Shown piece by piece: positions 37,537 through 47,895 of a stretch of DNA of 64,000 bases; within the stretch, counting starts at the first letter, position 1, and every line of letters starts with the position of its first letter. Under the pieces are notes generated by a model, which was not told the origin of the DNA, did not search any database, and was given only the letters and a program-made list of their open reading frames with translations. The stretch lies in IMG/VR virus record IMGVR_UViG_3300031088_000782, positions 128,001 to 192,000 of that record; one strand, written 5' to 3'. Made by a program: the position numbers and the translations under genes. Source of the stretch: a virus (Duplodnaviria > Caudoviricetes).

Positions 37537-38097
37537 ATGGACAAGTATCAAAAAGAACATGGTAAATTAAAAGATCACGAAGATTTTGAAAAATATCGTG
37601 AATGGCGAGATGAATATGTTTATCAAGAATTAAAAAAGATCGAAGCATCTAAAGACAAAAATTATAATAATATAAGAAAAATGACAGCAGAGGGAGTAGA
37701 AGCACTTGATGACAAGCTAAGTGATTTAACATCTCGTGCTGTTGAATTTGAACAATCAGAATATGTTAATGAAGATGGCGAAAAAATTACTTATGATGTA
37801 ATTACTTTTAATGATTTGAGCGATATCAATTACAACATTTACAAAAAGAATGGACAATATTTTATTAAATCAGACTATCTTATGAAAAATAAAGATGGAT
37901 ATAAACCTATCACTAATGAGTTAGACACAGATAGACTATTCTCTAACAGCGAAGAATTTATGAACAATACTCATGGAGATGACTTCACTTACAACAAAAA
38001 TGAAGCTAATTCAAATAAATTATATATTAAAGATTTTGCAAACAAACATTTCTCTGAAGCTTCTGAAATATTAAAGAAAAGGTATAATATTGAGTAA
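37537..38097 (+). CDS. Hypothetical protein, in frame with the upstream ORF across a single TAA
   Basis: 186 aa; no clear RBS; frame open back to TAA 37471-37473. Confidence 0.7.
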   Translation: MDKYQKEHGKLKDHEDFEKYREWRDEYVYQELKKIEASKDKNYNNIRKMTAEGVEALDDKLSDLTSRAVEFEQSEYVNEDGEKITYDVITFNDLSDINYNIYKKNGQYFIKSDYLMKNKDGYKPITNELDTDRLFSNSEEFMNNTHGDDFTYNKNEANSNKLYIKDFANKHFSEASEILKKRYNIE

Positions 38098-38572
38098 ATA
38101 ACATTAATTAAAAAGAAAGAGAAGTCTTATGCATAAAAACAATATTCCTACAGTAAAAGAAGTTTTAAAAGATTTTAATAATGTTGTGGAACGATGGAAG
38201 AATCATGAAATGAATGATTCTGACATGGTTGATTTTATATTCGTCTAGAGGGTCGAAAATTGAACAAAGTTAATTCTGTTTGTTATTGTAATGAACCAGA
38301 TGTGTGTTGCGTTGCTCATAATAATCATAATTCAGAGATTCATAAAGGATGTATTTTAAGGTAATTTTGTTATTATTAATAAAATAAGTTATGGATATAT
38401 ATGTTAGAATTAAAATATTGGAAAAGTTCGACTAGTTTCAAAATAAGAAAGATAAGGTGACACAATTTTAAAGAATATTAGTTGTGTCACTTTATCTCTT
38501 TATCCTTGATCTTTTTGGAATAATTCATTAATTATATCAGTTAATAATTTTACTCTCAAAAGGACGGATAAA

Positions 38573-39163
38573 ATGGAACATCATAATAATAATTTTCAAC
38601 ATAATCATATTAACCACGAAGATCATTCTCATCATAGTGGTGGTCATGAAGGAATGGCTCTTTCAGCAACCCTCCATTGTTTAACGGGTTGCGCAATTGG
38701 CGAAATCTTAGGAATGATTATTGGGACTTCGCTTGGTCTTCATAATTTATCAACTGTTATTATTTCAATAGGATTAGCTTTTGTTTTTGGTTATGCTTTA
38801 TCAATGAAACCTTTATTGATAAATGGAATTAAATTAAACCAAGCTTTAAAACTTGTTCTGGTGGCTGACACTTTATCAATTCTCTCTATGGAAATTGCAG
38901 AAAATTTAATAATGCTTGTTATTCCTGGTGCAATGTCTGCAGGTGTTTCTAATCCTATGTTTTGGGTGTCTATGAGTATCGCTTTTCTTGTCGGTTTTGC
39001 AGTTGCTTATCCTGTTAATAAAGTTTTGCTTAAGAAAAATAAAGGACATGCTATTACTCATGAAGCCACTGGACATCATGAGATGAATAATGCTCCACTT
39101 ATCTTTGCTTTAGTATCATTTATGTTAGGTGGTTTAATTACATCACTTTTAGGAAATTTTTAA
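38573..39163 (+). CDS. DUF4396-like His-rich membrane protein (metal-related)
   Basis: His-rich N-terminus; ATLHCLTGCAIGE; AYPVNKVLL. Confidence 0.85.
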   Translation: MEHHNNNFQHNHINHEDHSHHSGGHEGMALSATLHCLTGCAIGEILGMIIGTSLGLHNLSTVIISIGLAFVFGYALSMKPLLINGIKLNQALKLVLVADTLSILSMEIAENLIMLVIPGAMSAGVSNPMFWVSMSIAFLVGFAVAYPVNKVLLKKNKGHAITHEATGHHEMNNAPLIFALVSFMLGGLITSLLGNF

Positions 39164-39217
39164 ATATTATTTAGAAAAATATAATATATTAATATTATTT
39201 AAATTAGGAAAAAGAAA

Positions 39218-40138
39218 ATGACTAAATATCACATAAATCCTGAAACAGAAAGAGTAAATATCTGTCGTGCTGAAAAGAAGTGCCAGTTTGCAGACGATCA
39301 AGGAAATGAACCACCACACTTTAACACTAAACAAGAAGCGCGCGCCTATAACGAAAATAATCTTAAAAAAGAATTAGGAACTTTCTCAACTATTTCAAAA
39401 ACAAAAAATAGTAAAAAGAAAATTAACACTTTGACAGAAAACGAAAATATTGAATTAACAAATAAAATGGTTAATGAATTTAATAAAATGTATAAATCTT
39501 TATCTAATACAGAACAAAGAGCAATTGATTATTACACTTTTTGTGGATCATCTTCAATGAATAGACTATTACATGGAACCCCAAGAGAAGATGAAGAAGC
39601 TTCAGTAGAATCCACTATGAAACATATTAAAAATCTTGATAATGTTATAAATAGACACTACGAGGAACACAAAGGAGAAAAGAAAACTTTGTATCGTTAT
39701 CTTTCATTAGACAAGAATACTGATGTTAATGAATTTATAAAAGAAAATTTTCAAGAAGGTAAAGAATATTCTGATACCGGGTTTATGAGCACTACTGAAG
39801 ATATTTCTTTTATTGCTGGATATGCTAAAAAGCACAGTAGAAACAGAAAGTTTGTTATTTTAGAGATGGAAACAGATAAAGGAATAAGTTGCCAAAAACA
39901 AGAAGAGCAAACTGGAACTATCCAAAGCTTTGAAAAAGAAAGATTATTACCACGAAATATGAAATTTAAAGTTGATGAAATTTTTGAATCAAATGTTAAA
40001 ATTGATAAATCAAGAGAAAAACTTCATAAACAATTTGGGGGAAATGGTTATATGTTAAGCGAACACATTAATTATATTCCATCTAAAAAATTCAATTTTA
40101 TCAAACTAATAGAACAAGAGGACAATAAAAGTGACTAA
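39218..40138 (+). CDS. VIP2/Alt-like mono-ADP-ribosyltransferase with H-C-C-H leader
   Basis: R-S-EXE signature: LYRY, GFMSTT, FEKERLLPRN. Confidence 0.88.
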   Translation: MTKYHINPETERVNICRAEKKCQFADDQGNEPPHFNTKQEARAYNENNLKKELGTFSTISKTKNSKKKINTLTENENIELTNKMVNEFNKMYKSLSNTEQRAIDYYTFCGSSSMNRLLHGTPREDEEASVESTMKHIKNLDNVINRHYEEHKGEKKTLYRYLSLDKNTDVNEFIKENFQEGKEYSDTGFMSTTEDISFIAGYAKKHSRNRKFVILEMETDKGISCQKQEEQTGTIQSFEKERLLPRNMKFKVDEIFESNVKIDKSREKLHKQFGGNGYMLSEHINYIPSKKFNFIKLIEQEDNKSD

Positions 40139-41567
40139 ATATCATATAAGCGATTCAGGTAAAGTAGTCATTTGTCGTGCAACTAAAACTGTTTGCCCAA
40201 AAGAAAATTTTGACAGTATTGAAGATGCTGAAAATTTTAAAGAAACTCTATACAATAATACTATTCCAACTATGTCTAAACAGTCCAATAAGGGACTTAG
40301 GGAAGCTGAAAAGTATTATGGCGGTAAGTTCCTCACTTATCATAATATATCGCTTGAAAAAGGCGTAGAAAGCGTTTTAGATGATTTGAAAAAGATAGGG
40401 AACCCATTAATTGTTGGCGGGGCTGTAAGAGATTCGTTTGTAGGATCAGAAAATAAAGATATAGATATCGAAGTTCATAAAACAGATATAGACACACTTG
40501 TTAAAACATTGAAAAATGATGGATATATAGTTGATGAAGTAGGAAAACAATTCGGTGTTCTCAAAGTTTCTAAAAAAGGTGTTGTGAATGACTTAGACAT
40601 ATCTGTTCCTCGTAAAGAAAATCGTTTAGGAGCAGGTCATCGATCTTTTAATGTTGAAATGGATGAAAATATGACCGTTCAAGAATCTGCGGAAAGAAGA
40701 GATTTCACTTTCAATGCTGTCATGTATGATCATACAAGAAAAGTTATCATCGATCCTTCTGGTGGAAAGAATGACTTAAACAATAAAGTCATTCGTCATG
40801 TTTCTGAGAAATTTTCTGAAGATCCTTTAAGAGCTTTGAGAGGATTTCAGTTTGCAGGTAGATTTGATATGACTGTTGCTCCTGAAACAGCAACTTTATG
40901 TAAAAAATTGAGAAATGAATATGAACACTTGTCAATAGAAAGGGTGCAAGAAGAGTGGGGTAAATTCTTCACTAAAAGCGCACACCCAGCAAAAGGAATT
41001 CAAGCTTTAAAAGATATGGGATGGAATGACACTATACCCGGACTTCAAAAAGCATTAGACAATTCTTTTACAAAAGAATCTCTGAATAATCTCCCTACTG
41101 TCAGCAAGCAGAATAAAATAATTTTCGGATCTGCTGCTATCGCTCGAAATATGAATAATAACGAAAGAAAAAGTTTTATCTCTTCAACAGTCATTGGAAA
41201 TAAAGAGCAATTAAAAACTTATACTCTTAGCAGTTTTGACAATAATGAAGCCAGAACTTCTTATGAAAGAAAAAAAATTGCTAAAAAACTTGAGAAAACA
41301 GGCTTTACCTTTAGAGATTATCATAATTTCTCTCAAATGAATAATGACAGCGAAGGTGTTAAATTAAGTGAGAAAGCTGTTGCTGAAGGTTTAGCGGATG
41401 GCCCTGAAAAAGATTTGATTGCTGGTAAAGATATTTTTTCTTTGACTGATAAAAAACCTGGTCCTTGGATGGGTAAATTATTGAATGAAATAAGAGACAA
41501 ACAGTATCAGGGTGCTTTTTTAAATAAAAATGAAGCAATGATGTTTGCAAAAAGTAGAATACAGTGA
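40131..41567 (+). CDS. cca: Class II tRNA nucleotidyltransferase (CCA-adding) with extra N-terminal leader
   Basis: VGGAVRD, DIDIEV, RRDFTFNA, EDPLRALR, ERVQEEW, PGPWMG. Confidence 0.9.
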   Translation: MTKYHISDSGKVVICRATKTVCPKENFDSIEDAENFKETLYNNTIPTMSKQSNKGLREAEKYYGGKFLTYHNISLEKGVESVLDDLKKIGNPLIVGGAVRDSFVGSENKDIDIEVHKTDIDTLVKTLKNDGYIVDEVGKQFGVLKVSKKGVVNDLDISVPRKENRLGAGHRSFNVEMDENMTVQESAERRDFTFNAVMYDHTRKVIIDPSGGKNDLNNKVIRHVSEKFSEDPLRALRGFQFAGRFDMTVAPETATLCKKLRNEYEHLSIERVQEEWGKFFTKSAHPAKGIQALKDMGWNDTIPGLQKALDNSFTKESLNNLPTVSKQNKIIFGSAAIARNMNNNERKSFISSTVIGNKEQLKTYTLSSFDNNEARTSYERKKIAKKLEKTGFTFRDYHNFSQMNNDSEGVKLSEKAVAEGLADGPEKDLIAGKDIFSLTDKKPGPWMGKLLNEIRDKQYQGAFLNKNEAMMFAKSRIQ

Positions 41568-41634
41568 TATAATAGTTTTAATCAACAATTGACGAATATA
41601 TTTAATAATATTTTTGAATAAATCGTCAATTTAT

Positions 41635-41721
41635 GGAAGTGTGGCTGAGTCCGGTTTAAGGCGTTCGTCTCGAAAGCGAAAGTAGGTAACACTACCGCAG
41701 GTTCAAATCCTGTCACTTCCG
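41635..41721 (+). tRNA. tRNA-Ser(CGA)
   Basis: Loop CTCGAAA. Confidence 0.92.
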
Positions 41722-41766
41722 CATAATTGTTGTTGATAAATGATTTTATAAAGTGAGGATCTAACT

Positions 41767-41961
41767 ATGATTAACAAAGATTATAGAAAAACTGTTTATT
41801 TGTCTTTGGAAGAAAGAAAATCTATTGCAGATGAAGCTTTAAGGAAAAGCGGGTTCTCTTTTGAAGAATTGAAAAATCAATCTAAAAACAGACGATTTGA
41901 AACATTGCAAGCTAAACTTTCTTGGATGGTTATTTCAGCATACAAAAAACAGTCAAGATGA
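41767..41961 (+). CDS. Small hypothetical protein
   Basis: GAGG RBS; 64 aa. Confidence 0.6.
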   Translation: MINKDYRKTVYLSLEERKSIADEALRKSGFSFEELKNQSKNRRFETLQAKLSWMVISAYKKQSR

Positions 41962-42045
41962 AAATTAAAAAAATAAGATATAATTTATTTAGTTTTATTT
42001 GACAAAATGTGATATAATTAAATAAAATGAATATAAATGTATTAA

Positions 42046-42118
42046 GCCCTTATAAGCTAATAGGATAAACTACCTCTCTCCTAAAGAGGATTTTTGGGTT
42101 CGAATCCCAATGAGGGCA
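42046..42118 (+). tRNA. tRNA-Arg(CCT)
   Basis: CCTCT-CTCCTAA-AGAGG. Confidence 0.9.
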
Positions 42119-42162
42119 CAATATGACAATTGCAATTTTTATTGGCGGGAGGTAAGATTATA

Positions 42163-42453
42163 ATGAAAAAAGTTCGAGAGGACATGAAGCCAATACCTTC
42201 GCCTTCTTTGCCGAAAATTTCTGAAATGACTAAAAATGATGCTAAAATAGCTATTGAAAAATTTTTAGTTGAATTCGAAAGTGTTATTGAAAAAAATCAC
42301 AAAAGAAACAAAAAGGCGCTCAAATATTGTATTCTTTGTGGAATTCGCAAAGGGTTTCTCATGTCTTGCGGAAGAAAAAATGTCAAATGTGCTTCATGGT
42401 GTCCAAGACCTTATTGGGAGATTGACAAAAGCGGAAATTATATTAAACAATAA
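42163..42453 (+). CDS. Hypothetical Cys-rich protein
   Basis: GGGAGG RBS before ATG 42163; CILC..C..C..C. Confidence 0.6.
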   Translation: MKKVREDMKPIPSPSLPKISEMTKNDAKIAIEKFLVEFESVIEKNHKRNKKALKYCILCGIRKGFLMSCGRKNVKCASWCPRPYWEIDKSGNYIKQ

Positions 42454-42586
42454 TTGATAAAAATTTTCAAAGAAACACCAGTTAAATAATGATTAATTTC
42501 AATAAAGTTTGATATACTTATTAAAATAAAACTAACAATTATTTTTTAAAGCAATATGTAATAGATTCATTTATAGAAAGGCTACA

Positions 42587-42793
42587 ATGATGGCAAAAGT
42601 AACTTTTTCCGAAACAGAAGGAAAGCAGCAGAAGTATTCTTATACAGTGGATTATACTCTTCCTAAAGGATCATGGGATGCACGAGAAGTGCCTTCTGAG
42701 GTAGTTCAAGAGCTTGAAGCTGTTGTTCAGTCAGCCGATTGCCCTGATTTCATGTATTCACCAAGTGGAAATGTTTTAGTAACAGTTAGCTAA
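42587..42793 (+). CDS. Small hypothetical protein
   Basis: GAAAGG RBS; 68 aa. Confidence 0.65.
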   Translation: MMAKVTFSETEGKQQKYSYTVDYTLPKGSWDAREVPSEVVQELEAVVQSADCPDFMYSPSGNVLVTVS

Positions 42794-42910
42794 AAACAAA
42801 ACAATTAAAATATTAAATTTCAGGATAGGGACATTAATAAGTTTTATGGCTTTGACTTATTAATGTCCCTATCCTGCTTCATCATATAATTAAATAATTG
42901 ATATAATTAT

Positions 42911-43378
42911 ATGTCGATGAAGATATCTTACAAAACAATTTTAAAGAAACAGGAGCAAATTTTGTCAATTTTCAAAAGAAAACACCAAGAAGTCAAATAT
43001 AAAGATAACCGTTTCATCAGGAAAGAAAGAAAACTTTTTTCTGCCTATATTGAAATCGAACCGAAAATAGAAAATGCAAAAACTGGATACACAGTGAGAT
43101 ATTTTGAAGACACCGTTACCAAAGGATGGGAATCTTGCTTATACCGTCAAGGAAGCGAACGAATTAAATTAGCTAATGACCAAATGGTTTATAAAGGAGT
43201 TATCGAAATAAGGGCAAAAGATAAAGAAACTCTTCACGAAAGAATAAATAAAGTTATGGCGAATTCGAGTGAAGAAGCAGAAGTATCTTATAATCCCAAT
43301 AAACAAACTTTTTTATCTCGCACAACTCAACGATTTATCAAAATATCCTCTCAAAAAGAAGCAAATACTCCAGTATAA
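42911..43378 (+). CDS. Hypothetical protein
   Basis: 155-aa basic ORF. Confidence 0.65.
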   Translation: MSMKISYKTILKKQEQILSIFKRKHQEVKYKDNRFIRKERKLFSAYIEIEPKIENAKTGYTVRYFEDTVTKGWESCLYRQGSERIKLANDQMVYKGVIEIRAKDKETLHERINKVMANSSEEAEVSYNPNKQTFLSRTTQRFIKISSQKEANTPV

Positions 43379-43472
43379 AAGCTCAATATTGATTTCATAA
43401 CAAATTTATGTTAAAATAATTGTGTAGTCATATTTCACAATGTTGATAAAATTTAATATATGTCTACATGAT

Positions 43473-43546
43473 GCCTCCATAGCTCAATTGGATAGAGCGT
43501 CTGACTTCGGATCAGAAGGTTGTGGGTTCGAATCCTACTGGAGGTG
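43473..43546 (+). tRNA. tRNA-Arg(TCG)
   Basis: Loop CTTCGGA. Confidence 0.92.
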
Positions 43547-43672
43547 CAATGAATTTAATCGAGAAAGAAAACAGAATCGCACTTTTATTAAAATTATATT
43601 AATTTCATTTTTGAAATAAAAGAATAAAAATAAATAATAAGTTCGACAAATAAATCCATACGGAGATGAAAT

Positions 43673-44302
43673 ATGGAACAAACGAAAAAAGAATCAATAA
43701 ATGCACGAAGAAAAGTATTAAACAAAAGAAGAGCAGAAGCATTCTATCCTACACTTACAAAAGGGAAACACAAAATTCTTACAGAAATTTTCGACATTCC
43801 TCTTTATTACACAAAACGAGATGAAGAAACAGACATCGTTCTTTATGGAGAGGGATACAACAGATTCCCCCTCACTGTTATACCTATCAAACAGGCGATT
43901 GCATCACATATTTGTACATACTTACAGAATTCTCATGAAAATGCCTTAGAAGGACTTCTGCAGTCTTTTATAGTCAGAGGGTATACAGATAATAACACAG
44001 ATTTGATGAACAGTTTAAACAAATTTTCAGAAAATATTTACAAGCCCTCTTCTTCTGAGAGTAGCGTTGAATCAAATCCTCTATTGCATTGGCAAGACGG
44101 ATTGAGAGTTTCATACAAACCAAGCAAAAACAGCGCTTATACCAATCGAAACATCAGTGCAGAACAATTTGTATTGTCTAAAATCGGGGAATACATTCTT
44201 CAAGAACGACCTGAACTTATGAAAGATATGTTCACTTCTGAAGAAGAAAACATTTTGACGATTTTCAAAGATTCATCAAGATACGATAAGATAGACAAAT
44301 AA
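43673..44302 (+). CDS. Hypothetical protein
   Basis: GGAG RBS; 209 aa. Confidence 0.7.
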   Translation: MEQTKKESINARRKVLNKRRAEAFYPTLTKGKHKILTEIFDIPLYYTKRDEETDIVLYGEGYNRFPLTVIPIKQAIASHICTYLQNSHENALEGLLQSFIVRGYTDNNTDLMNSLNKFSENIYKPSSSESSVESNPLLHWQDGLRVSYKPSKNSAYTNRNISAEQFVLSKIGEYILQERPELMKDMFTSEEENILTIFKDSSRYDKIDK

Positions 44303-44407
44303 TAATTCAAGTTTCACAAAAACGATATAATAAAAGGGCAGAATCGAAAATCTGTCCTTTTATTATGACAAAATTCAACAAAAAGCAAAAACAACAAAGG
44401 TAGGAAA

Positions 44408-45382
44408 ATGGTTAAAGAAATAGAAGAGAAGACTTTTGATTACAAAAACGTCAGGCTGTTAGCTAAAAAATGCATTATCGAATCTCGATCACAAGCAGAC
44501 GTAACTGTTAGATTAGGAAACAGAGTTTTCAATAGCCCAGCATTGCCTGCAAATATGTCTACAATTATTGATGAAACCCTTGCACAATGGTTAGCTGAAA
44601 ATAATTTTTTCTACGTGATGCATAGATTTGATGTAGATCCTGTTGAATTTGTCAAAAATTTCAACAGCAAAAAACTTTTCACATCTATTTCATTAGGGAT
44701 TAAAGAAATAGATTACACACATGTTGACAATCTTAAAAAAGAAAACCTATCTCCTGATTACATTACTATTGATGTTGCTCACGGACATTCTGATTATGTG
44801 ATCAAAATGATTAAATACGTTAAAAACCATCTTCCAAAATCTTATGTTATTGCGGGAAATGTGGGTACCGCAGAAGGTGCTCTTGAATTAGAAGAAGCGG
44901 GGGCAGATTGTTTGAAGATTGGGTTGGGACCTGGTTCAGCATGTTTAACTTCACCTAACACTGGTTTCGGAACACGAGATCATCAATTATCCTCTATACT
45001 TAAAATTTCTGAAGTTTTAAAAACCGCAGATTTGATCGCTGATGGCGGAATTAGAGAATATGGAGATATTGCCAAATCAATAGCTTTTGGTGCTGATATG
45101 GTGATGATCGGTGGTATGTTTGCAGGTCATGACGAAAACCCCGGAGATCTTATCGAAGATGAAAATGGTGAAAAGTTTAAAATATTCTTTGGTAGTGCAA
45201 GTGAGCACCAAAAAGGCGAATCAAAGCATGTCGAAGGAAAGAAGATGCTTGTTTCATACAAAGGATCTATCTCTTCAACTTTGCAAACAATTACAGAAAA
45301 CTTGCAATCATCTGTTTCTTATGCAGGAGGGAAAGAGCTTAAAGATTTAAGAAACGTAGACTATGTTTTAGTTGATATGTGA
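44408..45382 (+). CDS. guaC: GMP reductase
   Basis: [53 protein letters not shown]. Confidence 0.93.
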   Translation: MVKEIEEKTFDYKNVRLLAKKCIIESRSQADVTVRLGNRVFNSPALPANMSTIIDETLAQWLAENNFFYVMHRFDVDPVEFVKNFNSKKLFTSISLGIKEIDYTHVDNLKKENLSPDYITIDVAHGHSDYVIKMIKYVKNHLPKSYVIAGNVGTAEGALELEEAGADCLKIGLGPGSACLTSPNTGFGTRDHQLSSILKISEVLKTADLIADGGIREYGDIAKSIAFGADMVMIGGMFAGHDENPGDLIEDENGEKFKIFFGSASEHQKGESKHVEGKKMLVSYKGSISSTLQTITENLQSSVSYAGGKELKDLRNVDYVLVDM

Positions 45383-45483
45383 AAATTTTGACAAAATTGA
45401 TATAACTTAATAACAATTTTCAAAAAGGCTGGTGCAATTTAAATAAAATTTTGCACCAGCCTGAATTTATAAGGAGAGAAAAA

Positions 45484-46227
45484 ATGGACACTTCGAAAAT
45501 TGAAACTAAACCTGCTTTTGCCTATACAGAGACAGAAAACAAAACCAATACTTTCACTGGTGGAAAGCCATTCATCAATGATGATTTCAAATTTCCTTAT
45601 GATAAGGACGGTAATCCACTTGTGTTCTTCTGCCAATTAGATTTAAGTGAGGTGGATCAAAGAATAATCAATCATCTTCATCTCCCTGAAAGGGGATTTA
45701 TACAGTTCTATCATGGTGGAGACGATCTTATGGGAATGGACTTTGATTCAGACAATTATATGGACAATAGTGTTTCGAAAATATTATATCTTGATAAAGC
45801 GTTTGATGAAGATTTTGATATGCCAAAAGAATACAAAGAAGACATGACCGATTATTCTCCTTTGGAAAATTCTATCAACAGAGACAATAGAAGGATTTTT
45901 TATAAAGGCGAATATATTGATATGCTTCCTTTTCCAAATTCTAACGATAATCCAGCTATCACAGAAGAAGACAGCTACGGAGAAGAGTATATGGATTATT
46001 ATGAAAAATCTAACGAAAAATATTATGAATTGTATTTAGGAGGATATCCACATTTTGTTCAATGGGACTTTAGGAACAAAGATCGCGAAATGAGCCTTCT
46101 TCTTGGCTCTGAAAGCGGTAACACTATAATGTGGGGAGATACAGGGGCTGGAGGATTTTGGGTTCCTCAGAATAATCTTGAGGAGCAAGATTATTCGCAA
46201 TCTTTCATCTTCTGGGATTGTGGATGA
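45484..46227 (+). CDS. DUF1963/YwqG-like protein
   Basis: GGKP, PLVFFCQLDL, GGYPHFVQ, MWGDTG, WDCG. Confidence 0.85.
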   Translation: MDTSKIETKPAFAYTETENKTNTFTGGKPFINDDFKFPYDKDGNPLVFFCQLDLSEVDQRIINHLHLPERGFIQFYHGGDDLMGMDFDSDNYMDNSVSKILYLDKAFDEDFDMPKEYKEDMTDYSPLENSINRDNRRIFYKGEYIDMLPFPNSNDNPAITEEDSYGEEYMDYYEKSNEKYYELYLGGYPHFVQWDFRNKDREMSLLLGSESGNTIMWGDTGAGGFWVPQNNLEEQDYSQSFIFWDCG

Positions 46228-46398
46228 TTAATAATTTATTAATGAACAGGATAATAGTCGCTAATCTACTTAAAAGGTGCTATCCTGTTCATTAAGTAAA
46301 AAATATGACTTTTATTCAATCGCAGTAGTTCTACCAACTATATCTTTGTTTTAATTTGGTAGAATAAGAATTATCAAATAACTTCAAAACCAAGATAG

Positions 46399-47124
46399 GT
46401 GAATTTTATGAACATTTCTGAATCAAAACTTCCTGAATGGTTGAAAAAAGAACTTCCTGAACCTCAACTTCCATCAGTAATTTCATGGACAGAAGAAGAT
46501 GGATATATAGTTTTTGATGAAATTCATGAAGAAACAGACAATTTTGAAACTCTTGAAGAGGCATATGATTTTACTGAAAATTATCTTAAAACTGAAGTAA
46601 TTTTTGATGAATCAATTCCAGAATTAAACGAAGAAAATAATAATAATTTTTCAAGAATGCTATTTGGTACTCCTGATGATCGCGGAAATTCAAGATTGCT
46701 ATTTTCCTCACCAGATAAACAAAAAATTGAAGACCTTGAAGAAGTATACGAAAATTTTCTCAACCTCGCAGAAAAATATTATAACAACAAAAACGACTTC
46801 ATGACAGCTTATGATTTTGTTGATACACATCCTGCTTTTTGGGTAAAACTCTTAAAAGACAAAGAAAAAACATTTCTCTGGGAAACTGAATCTCATTGTA
46901 TAAAAATCTGGTCAATGCCGATTAAAAACGATGATAATATGTTTTGGGCTTTGGAAACAGGTATGCACATTGATCCAGATTATGTTGAACATTATCACGA
47001 CTGGCGAATTGATGCATCTGGTAGTACTATTGAAGAAGCTTATATAAATCTTGCTGCAAATATTGATAAATACTACAATCTTGATGGAACTGAAAAAGAA
47101 ATAGAGACAGATGACGAAGAATGA
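46399..47124 (+). CDS. Acidic hypothetical protein
   Basis: 241-aa ORF overlapping the deaminase start. Confidence 0.7.
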   Translation: MNFMNISESKLPEWLKKELPEPQLPSVISWTEEDGYIVFDEIHEETDNFETLEEAYDFTENYLKTEVIFDESIPELNEENNNNFSRMLFGTPDDRGNSRLLFSSPDKQKIEDLEEVYENFLNLAEKYYNNKNDFMTAYDFVDTHPAFWVKLLKDKEKTFLWETESHCIKIWSMPIKNDDNMFWALETGMHIDPDYVEHYHDWRIDASGSTIEEAYINLAANIDKYYNLDGTEKEIETDDEE

Positions 47125-47599
47125 CGAAAACTCAAAAAGGAATGACATTCTGACATGGGATGAAACTTTTATATCTATTGCACATGTTGTCAAACAACGT
47201 TCAAAAGATCCAGTTACTCAAGTAGGAGCATGTATTGTATCTTCGGATAACAGAATTTTGACGTTGGGATACAATGGTGCTCCCAACGGTTTTGATGATG
47301 ATGACTTTCCTTGGGGCAAAACAGGCGATGAAATTTCGACAAAATATCCTTATGTTGTTCACGCTGAAAGAAATGCCATTTTGAATTTCAGGGGTTCTTT
47401 AAGAGAATTCAATAACGCAACCATTTATGTTACTCTTTTTCCTTGCAATGAATGCGCAAAAGAAATCATTCAAACAGGAATAAAAGAGGTAGTTTATGAA
47501 AAAATGCCTGATAAAAGAAAAACATCAACAGAAGCGTCTATTATCATGTTCGAAAAAACAGGTGTGAAAATACGAGAAATTGGCAGTTATGAAATATAA
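47111..47599 (+). CDS. dCMP deaminase
   Basis: RSKDPVTQVGACIV, GYNG, HAERNA, PCNECAK. Confidence 0.9.
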   Translation: MTKNDENSKRNDILTWDETFISIAHVVKQRSKDPVTQVGACIVSSDNRILTLGYNGAPNGFDDDDFPWGKTGDEISTKYPYVVHAERNAILNFRGSLREFNNATIYVTLFPCNECAKEIIQTGIKEVVYEKMPDKRKTSTEASIIMFEKTGVKIREIGSYEI

Positions 47600-47688
47600 C
47601 AAACATTTTTAAAAATAATTTTGAAAAGTTTTTTAATTTTCGATCTTTTAAATAAAAATGTGGTATACTGATATTAGAAACTAAACAT

Positions 47689-47762
47689 CGCGGGATGGAG
47701 TAGTTAGGTAACTCGTGTGGCTCATAATCACAAGATCGGGGGTTCAAATCCCTCTCCCGCCA
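47689..47762 (+). tRNA. tRNA-fMet(CAT)
   Basis: CGCGGGA start, C1:C72 mismatch. Confidence 0.9.
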
Positions 47763-47771
47763 CAACAAAAA

Positions 47772-47804
47772 GAAGCTCTTTCGTAATGGAAGAGCTTCTT
47801 TTTT
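47772..47804 (+). terminator. Intrinsic terminator
   Basis: AGAAGCTCTTTC/GGAAGAGCTTCTTTTTT. Confidence 0.8.
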
Positions 47805-47895
47805 AATATTTTCAAAAAAACAGTTGACATGATGAACAAAAATGTGTTATTATATAGGTATTGAAAGAAACACTACTAACAGGAGTAAGATTAAA

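Noticed and set aside
38129-38364. Programmed frameshift in a small Cys-rich ORF
   Set aside because: The join needs one extra T in a T4 run with no slippery heptamer; more likely a homopolymer error or two tiny ORFs
47111-47599. TadA-like deaminase serving the A34 tRNAs
   Set aside because: KDP..QVGACIV, GYNG and HAE.NA context is typical of dCMP deaminase and it sits among nucleotide-metabolism genes
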